A DNA stretch of 64,000 bases from Amoebophrya sp. A120. Its lineage: Eukaryota > Protista > Dinoflagellata. The notes beneath the pieces are model-generated. The model was given only the letters and a program-made list of their open reading frames with translations. It searched no databases and was not told where the DNA came from. The stretch is taken from the NCBI GenBank assembly GCA_905178155.1, contig CAJINV010000005.1:2296054-2360053 (forward strand), given 5' to 3'. The translations under genes were made by a program, and so were the position numbers. Of this stretch, positions 35,824-47,015 are shown piece by piece (positions within the stretch are counted from its first letter, which is position 1; each line of letters opens with the position of its first letter).

Positions 35824-38355
35824 ATGGGCGATTATTCGTCTTGCACTAGTGCTGATCTGCACGAAGCTACACCTACCATGAGAAAAAGCCTTTTTTATCT
35901 TTACGACGATGGGAGTTTTTGCCCATACACCGTCGAGCGCGTTTTATCCCCACTGCCCTACAGGGAGACCGCAGGAATGGCATTTAGTTCGCACACCAAT
36001 GCGCGCACTTATCACGATAATCTTCCGGAGCAAGTGCGGACCCTCATCCGCCAGGCCGCAAAACACCAAGATACCACTCACTTCGCAGGCGGCTTGCTGC
36101 TTTGCCACATCGTACTCCGGATACTCGAATACGCGAAGACTGGTAAGGTTGGTACCAGTGTGATGTTCAAAAGAACAAGAGCTACTGACGAAAACCGTTC
36201 TCCTGGTGGACAAAATCATTGCTCGTCGACTCTGCGACTCCGGGCGGAAACCGAAGAAGAACATTTAGGCGTTCTGCCGCATGACAGACCGGCGAATAAT
36301 TGGACCGCGGTTGCGCTTCTCTCGGAGGCTTGTGAGAAGATTTCACAGGCTTTTTCATCAAGAAAATCTTCGTCACTGCCGGCTTTGCTCGAAAATAAAC
36401 CCCCTCGTGCTCCTCATTGGAGTAGTTCCACTAGACAGCGGCCACTTTTCGAGGTCGCCACATCCGACATTTCTGCAGAGACTGACTTCGCAGAATTGAG
36501 GAAGATGGTGCTGGAAGAGCTGCAACGGGCTGAGATGGACGTGATTTTTTCACCTGTGTTACTTGAAGGAGGTTCGGGCAGTACGACACTGCACAGGAGA
36601 TCAGTAGACCACACCTGTAGCTCGCAGCAATACGTCGAACACGACCCGCTCGAAACTATCGCGGATGCTGCAGTGGAAGTTTGGAAAATGATGATTGACG
36701 AGTGCGAGGACGAAGCCCAGATGGCACTTCTAGTCGACCGGGTCAAGGTGAAAGTGCTGCCGCAGTACAGTCGCTTGACGAGAGTAATCTTGGAAACGCT
36801 GCGGGTTGACGTCGCCGGGGGAGGAACAAGCGCATCAGACGAAGCCACGGAAGGACGTGAAGTGCCGGATCCGGTTGGCAGAAGCTCTTGCCCGAAGAGT
36901 TCTGCAACAGCTCGCGAAGTTCGTTCGCAAGGGAGGAGCAATTCTTGCTTTTCCCTAGTCCGCTCGGGTTGGCTGATTCCCTACTTCCTACAGGACAGCC
37001 TCGTGGAGGATCTGGAGGGGACGCTGGACGACGGCAATTCCTGTATTTGCGCCCGGATGGAAGTAGCGGTTCCCGACCTTGAGAATTGGAAAATGCCGAG
37101 TATTAGTCTGTCCGTGCTAGTCCTCGACTCCCTGTTCTACGCCGACGGGCAATGCGAAAAGTGGAAGCAGAAGTGTGAGAAGTTCCTAGCTGCCATTGAC
37201 AAGCTTCTGCCGCCTCGCAGGCTGCAAACTAGTCCTGGAAACGCGCTGCTGCTCTGTTGCCAGAAGACCATCGAACAAACTCTCCGAACCGCGTTGCGGG
37301 AACGGGTGCAAAGGGGAAAATCGCAGTTCGCTTTTCTGGATTGTCTTGGTGAGAAGCACACAGATGCCATTGCGAGGCTTGCCAGCTGCAGGAAAGAGAC
37401 TTTTACCGACGAGCTGTGTGCGAGGATGTGCTTGGAAGCAGAGGACCTTTGTCCTCCTCAACACATGGGCACCAGAACCAGAAGGTCTTGTGTAAGGAAT
37501 GACAGTGTCTTGGGCGCACTCTCCTCGTTTTTCTTTTTTGGATGCGAAAGCGAGAATCAGGCGTACTTGTGGCTCGGAGTCCCAGAAGATGAAACCGTGG
37601 AAGTGGGACAGAACGAAGACCAAGGCAAGGAGTTCTACTGGACCAGAACCTGGCTCCTTGCCCCGAGAAGTTTTCTGTCTGACACGCGTCACGTAGAGCA
37701 GTGCTGCCTCCGGGTGCTGCGCTTACTCGCCGCGGAAACGAGGCAGGAGCTGAAAAAAGTCTCAATAAGAGTTTCTAGCTTGTGCAGGGACAACAAACTC
37801 GGCACACCGGCCACCAGAGAAACCGGGGAGAATTTAGCCTCGAGCGACTCGAAAGATTGTACGCGGAAAAGAAACGACGTTTTTTCTTTGGTAATAGACT
37901 GCCTTTTGCACGAAGCTAATCGGGGCTTTCACCAGGTGGACAAGGACCGTGCACTACACTGCAGTGATGGACCTGGAACACCAAATCAAGCTGGAAATAA
38001 CTCGGAAGAAAAACATGAAAATGCAAAAAGTGCAATCCTTTCTAGTTCCTCAGAGACGGCTACAACAATTTCTCTCTTCGACTCTTCAATCCGCACGACC
38101 ATCTGCAGCGCACTGGAATTGGCCAGTGACCTGCTCAGAATTGCCGATGTCGTTGGAACCACTGGTAGCGGAACAGTTTCAAAGTATGCGAGTGAAGACT
38201 ACAACACCAGTAGAGATCATCTTTTCCAAACAAAAAAAGTTGTTGAAAGTTACGCCGGAGCATTTCAGGAAGGTGCAGCGCGGTTTGCAGCACGCCGGAG
38301 GTTCTACATGGGAACGAACAGCGGAGGGGCGAAGAAATTCATCAAACTCTATTGA
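35824..38355 (+). CDS. Divergent chaperonin-like protein, MKKS/BBS6-like
   Basis: 843-aa ORF. Segments LIRQAAKHQ...GGLLLCHIVLRILE, LLLCCQKTIEQTLR...AFLDCLG...IARLAS and ICSALELASDLLRIADVV resemble TCP-1-fold/MKKS motifs in the right order (from memory, not aligned). Confidence 0.5.
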   Translation: MGDYSSCTSADLHEATPTMRKSLFYLYDDGSFCPYTVERVLSPLPYRETAGMAFSSHTNARTYHDNLPEQVRTLIRQAAKHQDTTHFAGGLLLCHIVLRILEYAKTGKVGTSVMFKRTRATDENRSPGGQNHCSSTLRLRAETEEEHLGVLPHDRPANNWTAVALLSEACEKISQAFSSRKSSSLPALLENKPPRAPHWSSSTRQRPLFEVATSDISAETDFAELRKMVLEELQRAEMDVIFSPVLLEGGSGSTTLHRRSVDHTCSSQQYVEHDPLETIADAAVEVWKMMIDECEDEAQMALLVDRVKVKVLPQYSRLTRVILETLRVDVAGGGTSASDEATEGREVPDPVGRSSCPKSSATAREVRSQGRSNSCFSLVRSGWLIPYFLQDSLVEDLEGTLDDGNSCICARMEVAVPDLENWKMPSISLSVLVLDSLFYADGQCEKWKQKCEKFLAAIDKLLPPRRLQTSPGNALLLCCQKTIEQTLRTALRERVQRGKSQFAFLDCLGEKHTDAIARLASCRKETFTDELCARMCLEAEDLCPPQHMGTRTRRSCVRNDSVLGALSSFFFFGCESENQAYLWLGVPEDETVEVGQNEDQGKEFYWTRTWLLAPRSFLSDTRHVEQCCLRVLRLLAAETRQELKKVSIRVSSLCRDNKLGTPATRETGENLASSDSKDCTRKRNDVFSLVIDCLLHEANRGFHQVDKDRALHCSDGPGTPNQAGNNSEEKHENAKSAILSSSSETATTISLFDSSIRTTICSALELASDLLRIADVVGTTGSGTVSKYASEDYNTSRDHLFQTKKVVESYAGAFQEGAARFAARRRFYMGTNSGGAKKFIKLY

Positions 38356-39109
38356 TTGTTCACAACCGAAGGAGGTGCAGCGCGATGTTTGAGAACGTGC
38401 TACGATCATGGATCCGACCAGACCAAAAGGTGACCACACCCAGAAGTAGATCTGCGTGCTCAACAGTGATTGTGATCAAATAGAAGTAGAGGATCGCCGA
38501 GGCAACGTTAGCAGACAAGCAGTGCCTTGCGAGTTTTAAGTAATAGAAAGATCACTGCAAATAGCGACAAAGAAGAAACTAAGACTGCGCTGGATATAAC
38601 AGCTGGCTCCACTTCCGATCTTCGATGATCTAGTACCGCAGCTCCACTGATAACGAATTTGAAAGCTTTACTGGCATGCACTGGTACAAGACCCTGATCG
38701 CCGAAGGATCTGCACAGTTATGGATTGAAGATCGACTTCGTGGTTCCGCCGATCTTCTTCTGCTTAAATTAGATCTGCTGGATAAATAAGAACCGTGGTC
38801 CTTTATAATACTGTACTTGGATAGTTTCTGTGATCATGGAATCGCAAGCGTCATCGCTCTTTCTTCCTTGTTATTACAGGCTCTACAGTGTACTAGTTTC
38901 ACCTTGACTCATTTAGATGTCCAGTCGTGGTACAGTATGCAAAGCCGTCGTCTGCTGAGATTCGGCTAGCACGACGTAGATTTTTTAGCACTTTATACCC
39001 GTGAAGACATCGCCAATGTCGTCCGTGGTTTTCCTCTGCCTGTACCACTCGTGGAGCTAGCATAAAACTACAGGAGTCAAAGTTTGGTAAATTTCAGCGA
39101 CATCAAACC

Positions 39110-42100
39110 ATGAGCGACGGCGCATTTATTTCCCCGAGAACTGCAGCGGAGCGGCAGCGGTCGCTTTTCCGAGCGGGTTTGCAGCAGAATAACGGAGCAG
39201 GACCCAGCAACGCCAAAAAGCAGCCGAATATGGTTCCCGGGACCTCCGCAGGTGTAGGCAACAAGATGATGCTGAAGGAGCAGATCGGTGGGTCCTCAAG
39301 CTCCACCGCGACGCGGATAAATCACAACTTCTCCAACCACAAGGACCCCAATTATAACTCGAGTTCTGCTACCCGGCGGAACTACCTCTTGGGCGACAGC
39401 GAGCGGAACCAGCCGCACTACGTCGGGTACAACAAAAATTTCAAGCACTACGACCACCTGATGGAGCTGGAGCGGACCAAGCCCTCCCCCAACTGGCACG
39501 AGCTGTCGTCCTACAAAAAGCGGTTTTTCGTCGGCCAGAAGCTGCACGAATCGCCCCCGGACGAGTGGAAAAGGTTGGACCCAAGGGTCACGAAACGGGT
39601 GCCGGAAATGAGCGAGAAGTGGCGTTTTATCCTATTTAAAAACGTCCCCACCCCATAGTTGTAATGCAAATCTGCATGCTGAAAATGTTTCTCATGCGGA
39701 GCCCGATGAGCAGTTTCTAGTCGTGTTTTGCAATTTGTCATGCTCCAATCAGCATCGTATGCTAGGTCTGTTATGCTGCTGAGCTAGCTCAAACAGCACT
39801 ACACTACGAATCCAAATTTGTGATGCAAAACAGCCAAAACTTGTGGATTTATCTAGCCGATTCCCCATCTTGACTATGGTGTGGGGACATTTTTACTCAG
39901 GATACGTTTAGTCGGTTCCTTTCTAGAAGCTCGGGGGCTGATCAGCTGCCAACTGGAGTCCTTCAACAGCTTCGTCAACCAGGGCATTAAAGACATCGTC
40001 ATGTCTCGGTCTAACGTGGAAATTCGGTGCGACGTGGACCCAAACTGGTACGTGCGCTTCACCGACATCCAGATCGGCCGGCCCCAGATGATGGACGAGC
40101 GGTCGCTACAGGATCTGGACTATCAAATGCAAAAGTGTCTGGGTCTGGAAACTTGTAATGCTAAAATGTGACTGGTGGGCGCACTCCAATACGCAGCCAA
40201 GCATGACAAATTTTTGAGCTGCTCTGGTGTTTCGTTTTCCGCATGGCAAACTGCGTTTCTGCATGACAGACAAGAGGTCCTTTTCCTGCTCCTGCATCGC
40301 AGATTTATGAGTCATGCCAGACAAGCATGACAAACTTGCATTCTTCCAGACCCAGACACTTTTGCAATGTATATGGACGTGTACCCGCAGCAGTGCCGAT
40401 TACGGGACCTGACGTACTCCGCGCCGATTTACGTCTCCTATTACTATTACGCGGGAAAGACCGCGACCAACCCGACGGTGTCCCCGCAACCGCTGCTGCT
40501 TGGCTATTTGCCGATCATGCTGCGGTCGGACAGGTGTCACTTGAGCAAGAAAACCGAGCACGACCTGATGAAGATGGGGGAGTGTCCTTTAGATCCCGGG
40601 GGGTATTTTATCATCGACGGGACAGAAAAAGTGCTGATGATGCAGGAGAACATGAGCAACAACAGAATCATCGTGGAAAAAGCGGACAAGAAGACGCACC
40701 GGCTGCAAGCGGCGGTGACTTCCTCCACGAATGACAACAAATCTCGCGTCATCGTCTGCTACAACGCGCGGAACTGCCTGCACATGAAGCATTCGAAGTT
40801 TCAGTCGTCGGTGAACATTGTGTGTTTGATCAAAGCGATGGGCGTAACCGATGAGCAGGAGATCGTGCAAATGATCGGGAGCGGCGGCATGAGCCGGTTC
40901 GGTAGCAGTGGTGGAGCTGCAAGTTGTGCTAGCAGCGGCGGCTCCGGAGGAGGAGGCGGGAATTCAGGGAAGCGAAGTAACGCGGACCAAAACAACTCAG
41001 GTGGAAAGGATCACGGGCGAACGGAGAGCCAGGCGAGAAGTCGGATTCTCGGGGCACTGCTGCCGACCTTCCAGGAGGCAAAGGATTTGGGCGTATTCAC
41101 CAAGCGGGAAGCGCTTGAGTATCTCGGGAGGCACATGAAGGACAGGTAGAGATGTAAAAAGCTTCAATGAGATTTTCCTCGTGCTGTTCATGTTCATCAA
41201 TGCAACGGTTGCATTTTTGATGCGGCCAAATGCGAAGCGTATGCATGAATTGTCCAAAAGTGAATTTTATCAATACGGTAGTTGCAAATTGTTGACGTGC
41301 CCTTCCCATAAACTCCAAACAGGTTCGTCTCCTCCCGGAGCGCACAGAACCAGCAGCAGAACTCCGGCAACCCCAATACCCCGCACCCCTCGAACAAGGC
41401 CTTGCAAGCCTTCCAGGCCCTGGAAATCGTCCTGTCCCACGTCGCCATGGAGCCCCGGTCCGAGCACACGCCCTTCCTGGCGAAGGTGCGGTATCTTTGT
41501 GTGATGATCCGGCGGATTTTCGACGCGGAGGACAACCCCATGCTGGTGGACGACAAGGATTACTACGGGAACAAGCGCATCGAGCAGGCCAGTTCCATGA
41601 TGTCCATGCTTTTCGAGGACGTGTTCAAAACCCTGAACTCCGAGGTGCGCAAGCGCGCGGACGGGGAGATCGGCAAGCTGGTCCAGAAGCAGAACTACAC
41701 CGACTGCGACGTCTTGAAACGCACGGTGCTGGAGTCGGGGAAGGTGACGCAGACCTTCAAGTACGCGCTGAAGAGCGGAAACTGGAAGATTCAGCGGTTC
41801 CGCGTGGATATGCATTGCAAATATGTCTGGGTCTGGAAGGTGGTAAGTTGTCATGCTGTTTTTGGACTCGAAAAAAAATTGTGTTGCATGACCAGCAAGA
41901 GTGGTGCGATTTGTGCTACACGGACAGGGCATTTCTCATGCGGAAGGTGCATCTGGAAGCCCTCTAAAAGTATGCGATGCTAGGTCATGCATTACAGGCA
42001 TCATGGGTCATGCGAAATATGCATGACAGATCTTGCATTCTCCCAGACCCAGACATTTTTGCATTTGATAGTGGACCGGAGTGGGGTGTCGCAGGTCTTG

Positions 42101-45100
42101 TCCCGGTTCTCGTACATGATCTATGCAATGCAAAAGCATCGTACTAGTATGAATTGCATGACAGATTTTTCCTAGAAGAAAAATGAAATTTGTCATGCAG
42201 TTTTTAGTAAGAAAGCAGATCTGTAATGCTAGACTCGCATTTATTATACGAGTGCGATACTTTTGCAATGCATATGATCGCGCTAGGGTCGATGACCAAA
42301 GTGAAGTCCAACGTGGAGAAGTCGCACAAGATCGCGGGGCCCCGCGCGCTGCAGCCCTCGCAGTGGGGCATGCTGTGTCCGGCGGACACCCCGGAGGGGG
42401 AGCAGTGTGGGTTGATAAAAAACCTGTCCCTCATGGCGACGGTGACTACTGGTCTAGGAGACACGGCCCTGGCAGAAATGAAGGCGTTGATCGAGTTATT
42501 GATAGGAAAAATCCCCCTCCCCATATCGAAAAGGTAGGTTTCCAAAAATTTGTGTTGCGGATTTGAGGTCACAAATCACATCTGTCCTGCAAGAAGGCAA
42601 ACCCAAAGAATCCGCCGCCTTATGGAGGTGATTTGTAATGCTGTTTCACCTACATGGCAGGCCTCTCTTATGCCAAGAGCCTACAACAGAACACCCCTAT
42701 GCAGGCTGAGGCTTTGCCTGTAGTGCCTCGCTGCAAGACAGGGCTGATTTGTGTACACAAATCCTGCAGCAGAAGTTTTCGTTTCAATATGGGGAGAGGG
42801 GATTTCTCATTTTGATACGAGTCCAAGGGTGTCACCATGCCCGACGAGTCGTCCGCAAGCGATCAGCTCTCACCCGACTCGCCGGATACATTATTAGTTT
42901 TCTTCAACGGGCTTCTCCTCGGGTCCTGCCGCGACCCCAACACGTTGATGACGCACATCAAGGAGCTATCCCGTGTAAAAACATCCCCAACCCAGAGTTG
43001 TCATGCAATTCTGCATGCCAAAAAAGTTTCTCATGCGGAGCCCTATGAGAAGCACAAGCATTTTCTGTTCGTGTTTTGGGATTTGTGATGCTAGGATCAG
43101 CATGCTGTGCTAGATCTGTGATGCTTTTGAGCTAGCTAAACAGGATCACACTACGAGGACAAACTTGTCATGCCAAACAACCAAAGCTGTGTGATTTGTC
43201 TAGCAGATTTCCCATCTTGACTCTGGTGTGGGGACGTTTTTGATCAGGATAGGAGCTTCGGCGGCGGGGCGTGATTTTCCAGTTCACCTCGATCTACCAC
43301 CACGAGAACACGAAAACCATCAACATCGCCTGCGACGAGGGCCGGCTCTGCCGCCCGCTGTTGATCGTGGAGAACGGGAAATGCCTCTTCGATCCGAAGA
43401 AGCACGTGCCGTTGCTGACTGGGCGGCACCCGGACGGGACCCGAGCGAAGCGGTGGACCTTCACGGACTTTTTGAACAATGGGGTGGTGGAATTCGTCGA
43501 TGTGAACGAGGAGAACAACCTCCTTATCGCCATGAAGCACGAGGAGCTGACGAAAGACCACACCCATTTGGAGATCGAACCCTTGACGCTCCTCGGGGTG
43601 ATTTCGGGTTTAGTCGCGTACCCGAACCACAACCAGTCCCCGCGGAACACCTACACGTGCGCGATGGGGAAGCAGGCCATGGGCTGCATCGGCTACAACC
43701 AGTTCCAAAGAAGCGACAACGTGTTGTACCTGTTGCACTACCCGCAGAAACCGCTGTGCAAGTCGAAAACGTTAGATTTCGCACAGTACGACCGGTTTGG
43801 CGCGGGCATCAACGCCAGCGTCGCGGTCATTTCCTACAGCGGGTACGACATTGAAGACGCCATCGTGATGAATAAGGCCAGCATCGACCGCGGGTTCGGG
43901 AGGTAAATTTTCACTATAAGCAGCTTCACTACATGAGTAAGAAGTTCTTGTTGCAGGAGGTGACACTTTGAATTCGCTTTAGGTTTTTAGTACTATGCCG
44001 ACGCTGTTTTTAGGTACTTACTATAACAACTTATCTAATTCAAATTCTTTCAACTCCAATGATCTGCATTTTAGGTGTATCGTCATGAAGCGGCACGTTG
44101 GAGTTTGTGACCAAGTCGGCAGCCACAGCGAGGTGGTTGCGCCGCTCCCAAAGGCGTTACTGCAAGACAAGCGAAAAAAACGCGAGAAGCACCGGGTCCG
44201 AAATTTGGACCCGGATGACGGCGTCGTGTGGCCAGGGAGCGTAGTGGGAGATGGTATTTCTAAATAATGCTGAACTTCTTTTTGTCGATTCTTTTTCGAT
44301 GTTATGGGTGCTGCAGATGTGTACTAGCTTGTTTTCCGAGAAGGAAAAAGAGAGGAAGTTGTAGGGTCATCACAAAAATAAATCAAAACAAAAACTGTAT
44401 CACCCCAGGCGACATCATTCTGAACAAGCAGACCCCCGACATGAAAGCGACCACCCCCTTCAATGCCAGTTCCATTACCAACCCGGAGCAGGCGGTGATG
44501 CGCGACAACCCGGTGTGTCACAAGATGCCGGTGGACAGCAAGGACATCATCGACCGCGTTTTGATCACCCACAACGACTATCAAATGTAAAAATGTCTGG
44601 GTCTGGAAGAGTGTAAACTTGTCATGCAGGTTTTCCATGACCCATGAGGTCTGGCATGCGGGACCTAGCATGACAGAGTCTGTGAGGTCTCTGTCATGCC
44701 TATCCTGCATGAGAAACTCCCTCCCAACTTGGCCGAAAGTGGGCAGCTTTTGGCAGTCATGCAACACAGATTTTTGCATGATTCGGCTTTAGCATGACAA
44801 GTTGCAACCTTCCAGATCCAGACACTTTTGCATTCCATAACGACCAGCACCTGCGGATTTTCAAGATGATGTACCGCGACGTATCCTGCCTAAAAACGTA
44901 CCCACACCAGAGTCAGGATGGGGATTTTGCAACACAAACCTAGGAGTTTTGTGAGTCACGCATGACAAGTTGCAGGATGTATTGTAGTGCAGTTTAGCAA
45001 GGGAAGCCGCATAACAAATCCACCTCCTCATCCTGTTCACAGCATCACAAATTCCAAAACACAATGGGAAATGGCTCTCATGGGGATGCGCATTACAAGT

Positions 45101-46195
45101 CTTCCTGTCTTTGCAAGTCTGCATTACAACTCTGGTGTGGGTACGTTTTTACTCAGGATACGACACCCGCCGCCCCGAGCTGGGCGACAAGTTTGCGTCG
45201 CGGCACGGGCAGAAGGGCGTGATCGGGCTCATCGTGCCCCAGCAGGACATGCCCTTCTCCGAAACCGGGTGGTGCCCGGACCTGATCATGAACCCGCACG
45301 GGTTCCCCAGTCGCATGACGGTGGGGAAGATGCTGGAGTGTGTGGGCTCGAAAGCCGCGGCGCTGGAGGGCACGTTCTGCGACGGATCCGCGTTCGGCGG
45401 GACGCCGCCGCAGAAAATCTACTCCACGCTGATCCAGCACGGGTTCGCGCCGAACGGGAAGGAGTTTCTCACCAGCGGAATCACGGGCGAGCCCATGGAG
45501 TGCTACGTCTTCGTCGGACCGATCTTTTACCAAAAATTGAAGCACATGGTGGCGGACAAAGTTCAGGTACAGCAGTTCTTTTCGATCATAAAAACTAAAA
45601 CCATAATTGTCGAAGACGTTTCTTTTCGTTGTCCTCTTCGTTCTTCAGCGACTGGACAACGAACTGGAGAACAAGTTTCAGTTCCGCCATACTTTTCGCA
45701 CGACTTAGGATTATTTTGATATCGGTGTGCTCCGGTGAGCATTTGTTAGGCGGAATCAATGCAACCAATCGGAGGACCGACGAGAAAGATTGGCATCTTC
45801 ACAAGAACTCTTGATATACCGATGATATCACCAAACCTTACTCTCCACAGGCCCGCGCCCGCGGCAAGCTCAACGTGTTAACCCGGCAGCCCACCGAGGG
45901 CCGCGCGAAGCAGGGCGGCTTGCGCATGGGGGAGATGGAGCGCGATTGCTTGATCGCCTACGGGGCGTCGAACTTGCTGCTGGAACGGTTGAACTTTTCC
46001 TCCGACGTGACGGACGTGAAGATCTGCCGCGACTGCGGCCTCTTCGCCGACGCCAACTTCTGCCGCTACTGCGACGAATCCGGGGACAGCAAGGGACGAC
46101 TCTTGGACTGCCGCGTGCCCTACGCCTGCAAACTGCTGTTTCAGGAAATGCAGTGCATGAACGTGGTGGCCAGGATCGGGTTTGAGGAGGTGTAA
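39110..46195 (+). CDS. RPC2: RNA polymerase III second-largest subunit; 8 introner introns plus 4 GT-AG introns (41146-41322, 43903-44074, 44254-44408, 45567-45850)
   Basis: Reconstructed [135 protein letters not shown]. Confidence 0.96.
39628..39904. mobile_element. Introner, family 2 (TATCCT..AAAAACGTCCCCAC TIR)
   Basis: Direct repeat CGTTT; removal gives KWRLVGSF. Confidence 0.93.
40121..40373. mobile_element. Introner, family 1 (TATCAAATGCAAAA.TGTCTGGGTCTGGAA TIR)
   Basis: Direct repeat TGGAC; removal gives [10 protein letters not shown]. Confidence 0.93.
41809..42070. mobile_element. Introner, family 1
   Basis: Direct repeat GTGGA; removal gives [15 protein letters not shown]. Confidence 0.93.
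42122..42274. mobile_element. Introner, family 4 (TATGCA.TGCAAAAG.ATCG.ACT.GTAT TIR)
   Basis: Direct repeat TGATC; removal gives SYMIALG. Confidence 0.93.
42497..42817. mobile_element. Introner, family 3 (TAT..AAATCCCCCTCCCCATAT TIR)
   Basis: Direct repeat CGAGT; removal gives LIESKGVT; same length (321 bp) as 48251-48571. Confidence 0.93.
42967..43251. mobile_element. Introner, family 2
   Basis: Direct repeat GGAGC; removal gives IKELRRRG. Confidence 0.93.
44579..44839. mobile_element. Introner, family 1
   Basis: Direct repeat ACGAC; removal gives [11 protein letters not shown]. Confidence 0.93.
44882..45160. mobile_element. Introner, family 2, opposite orientation to 39628
   Basis: Imperfect direct repeat CGACG/CGACA; removal gives [13 protein letters not shown]. 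Confidence 0.93.
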
Positions 46196-47015
46196 GCTTT
46201 TTGGTGCACAAAGCTGTCGGAGTAAACTTCACTTCCACAAGGGGATCCTGCCAGCGGCAACGCGAAAACGACTTGAAGGCTTTTTTTTCGAGTTCCATCT
46301 ACATCGTTCCAGGTGCGACCTCTTATAGAGGCCCTGAGCTGCGATCTAAATCAGACGACCATCTTCAATCATCATGCAACACGCCGTCAGTTGTGCAGGG
46401 GCGCGACGAATTTTTGTTTCCGCAGCCTTCCACGAGGAAGCGGAACTTCTTGTGTTCTGGATCTAAGTACAACTTTCCGCGCATGATCCTGGTTTGGTAT
46501 ACAACAAGCAAGCAAGGGCGCTGGGCGAAGATTAAGTACCGTAGGAGGACATGGACCACAAGGATCTTCAACATTTCATTGCTGAGGGCTCGTTCCTCGT
46601 CCTCTGTGAATGCAGTTTATTTGATCATTTCACTGACTTTTGTACTATTTACATCGTTACAACTCTCAACTCGTCCACCAGTCTGTGTACAACTCGCCCG
46701 GACTCTTCTTCAGTCGTGAATTAATCTTCAGATTCTGTTGTGCTGTTATTTCTTCATTTCCAGTCCGCTTGTTTGTTGAAGATGAAGTAGCATATCTACT
46801 TAACTCAGATTGATGTAGTGTCCTTTGTGCTTTTTCAGTTACGTCAACCGTGATTTTTTCTTTCTGCCGACTTGATGTTTAGAGCTAGAGCAGTCATGTG
46901 ACTGTAGTAACCTCTTGACAAAAAATAACAAGGGACGAAACAACTTTTCCGTACTTCTGTCACCACTAAGTCCCAGAACCCACAATCTATCTGGAAGAAA
47001 AACTCTCAGAACACC

